From contig NC_068990.1 in the NCBI RefSeq assembly GCF_001194135.2, positions 16,588,882-16,652,881 on the forward strand: 64,000 nt of DNA, read 5' to 3'. The notes beneath the pieces were generated by a model. It saw nothing but the letters and a program-made list of their open reading frames with translations, did not search any database and was not told where the DNA came from. Each line of letters starts with the position of its first letter. Position 1 is the stretch's first letter. The translations under genes and the position numbers were made by a program. This document shows, piece by piece, positions 63,623-64,000 of this stretch. Source of the DNA: Octopus bimaculoides. Taxonomy: Eukaryota.

Positions 63623-64000
63623 GAGAGGAAGCTGTCCCTAAAAGGTCGGGCGGAGGTGGCGAACGCGTACATCGCGTCCGTCATCGAATACCGCCTGACC
63701 GTCGTGCCTTGTCCCGATCGCGCCATCACCGAAATGGAGCGCATTCTCTTCCGCTTTTTGTGGAAAGGAAGCGTTCCGATGGTGAGACATGCGCTGAGAC
63801 TGCGACATCTCCGGCTCTACGTAGACGACGGTGAGCAGGTGTGGTCGCCGTTTGTGCGACGCGCTTTCCCGCAGCTCATCTCCATGACTGAGCTGCAGTC
63901 GTGGATCAAAACGAGGCCGAGGAATGGCGAATGGCACCGTGAGTGTCGCGTTGCTCTGCAACAACTTTGCCGTCCCGGGTCGACCTTGAGCGGCTGCATC
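63623..64000 (+). mobile_element. 5'-truncated Tx1/L1-clade LINE ORF2 (post-RT region), running off the window
   Basis: Stop-free GC-rich frame ERKLSLKGRAEVANAYIASVIEYRLTVVPCP..MERILFRFLWKG..HALRLRHL.., beginning right after a (TATC)n tract. Confidence 0.8.

Overview
AT-rich, microsatellite-dense animal genomic DNA with 13 N-gaps. The repeat landscape (tRNA-derived SINEs with internal CA/TA tracts, RTE LINE tails, dense GT/GA/TA/GATA microsatellites) looks like an octopus scaffold; this is inferred from pattern recognition, not from a database search. The left 16 kb holds the 3' exons of a C19orf44 (DUF4614)-like gene on +, with phase-consistent exons from 1149 to the stop at 15694. CpG density rises sharply near 25-26 kb, where two divergent first-exon candidates share an 18/19-bp ATGGCGG motif. 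A chain of unidentified phase-compatible + exons follows at 36-46 kb, and a candidate terminal exon of another gene lies on - at 61.3 kb. The rest is TE debris: RTE, R4/Dong, CR1 and Tx1 LINEs; Tc1/mariner, hAT-like and piggyBac-like MITEs; three SINE families. The most unusual signals are (i) several type I hammerhead ribozyme motifs of different families, one near-canonical at 30477-30520 (-) and one inside a long inverted-repeat element at 16977-17342, and (ii) a non-autonomous DNA transposon with GGATC termini and 8-bp TSDs (seen in three copies) that carries telomeric TTAGGG tracts. Almost all long ORFs in the supplied track are microsatellite or N-gap artefacts.
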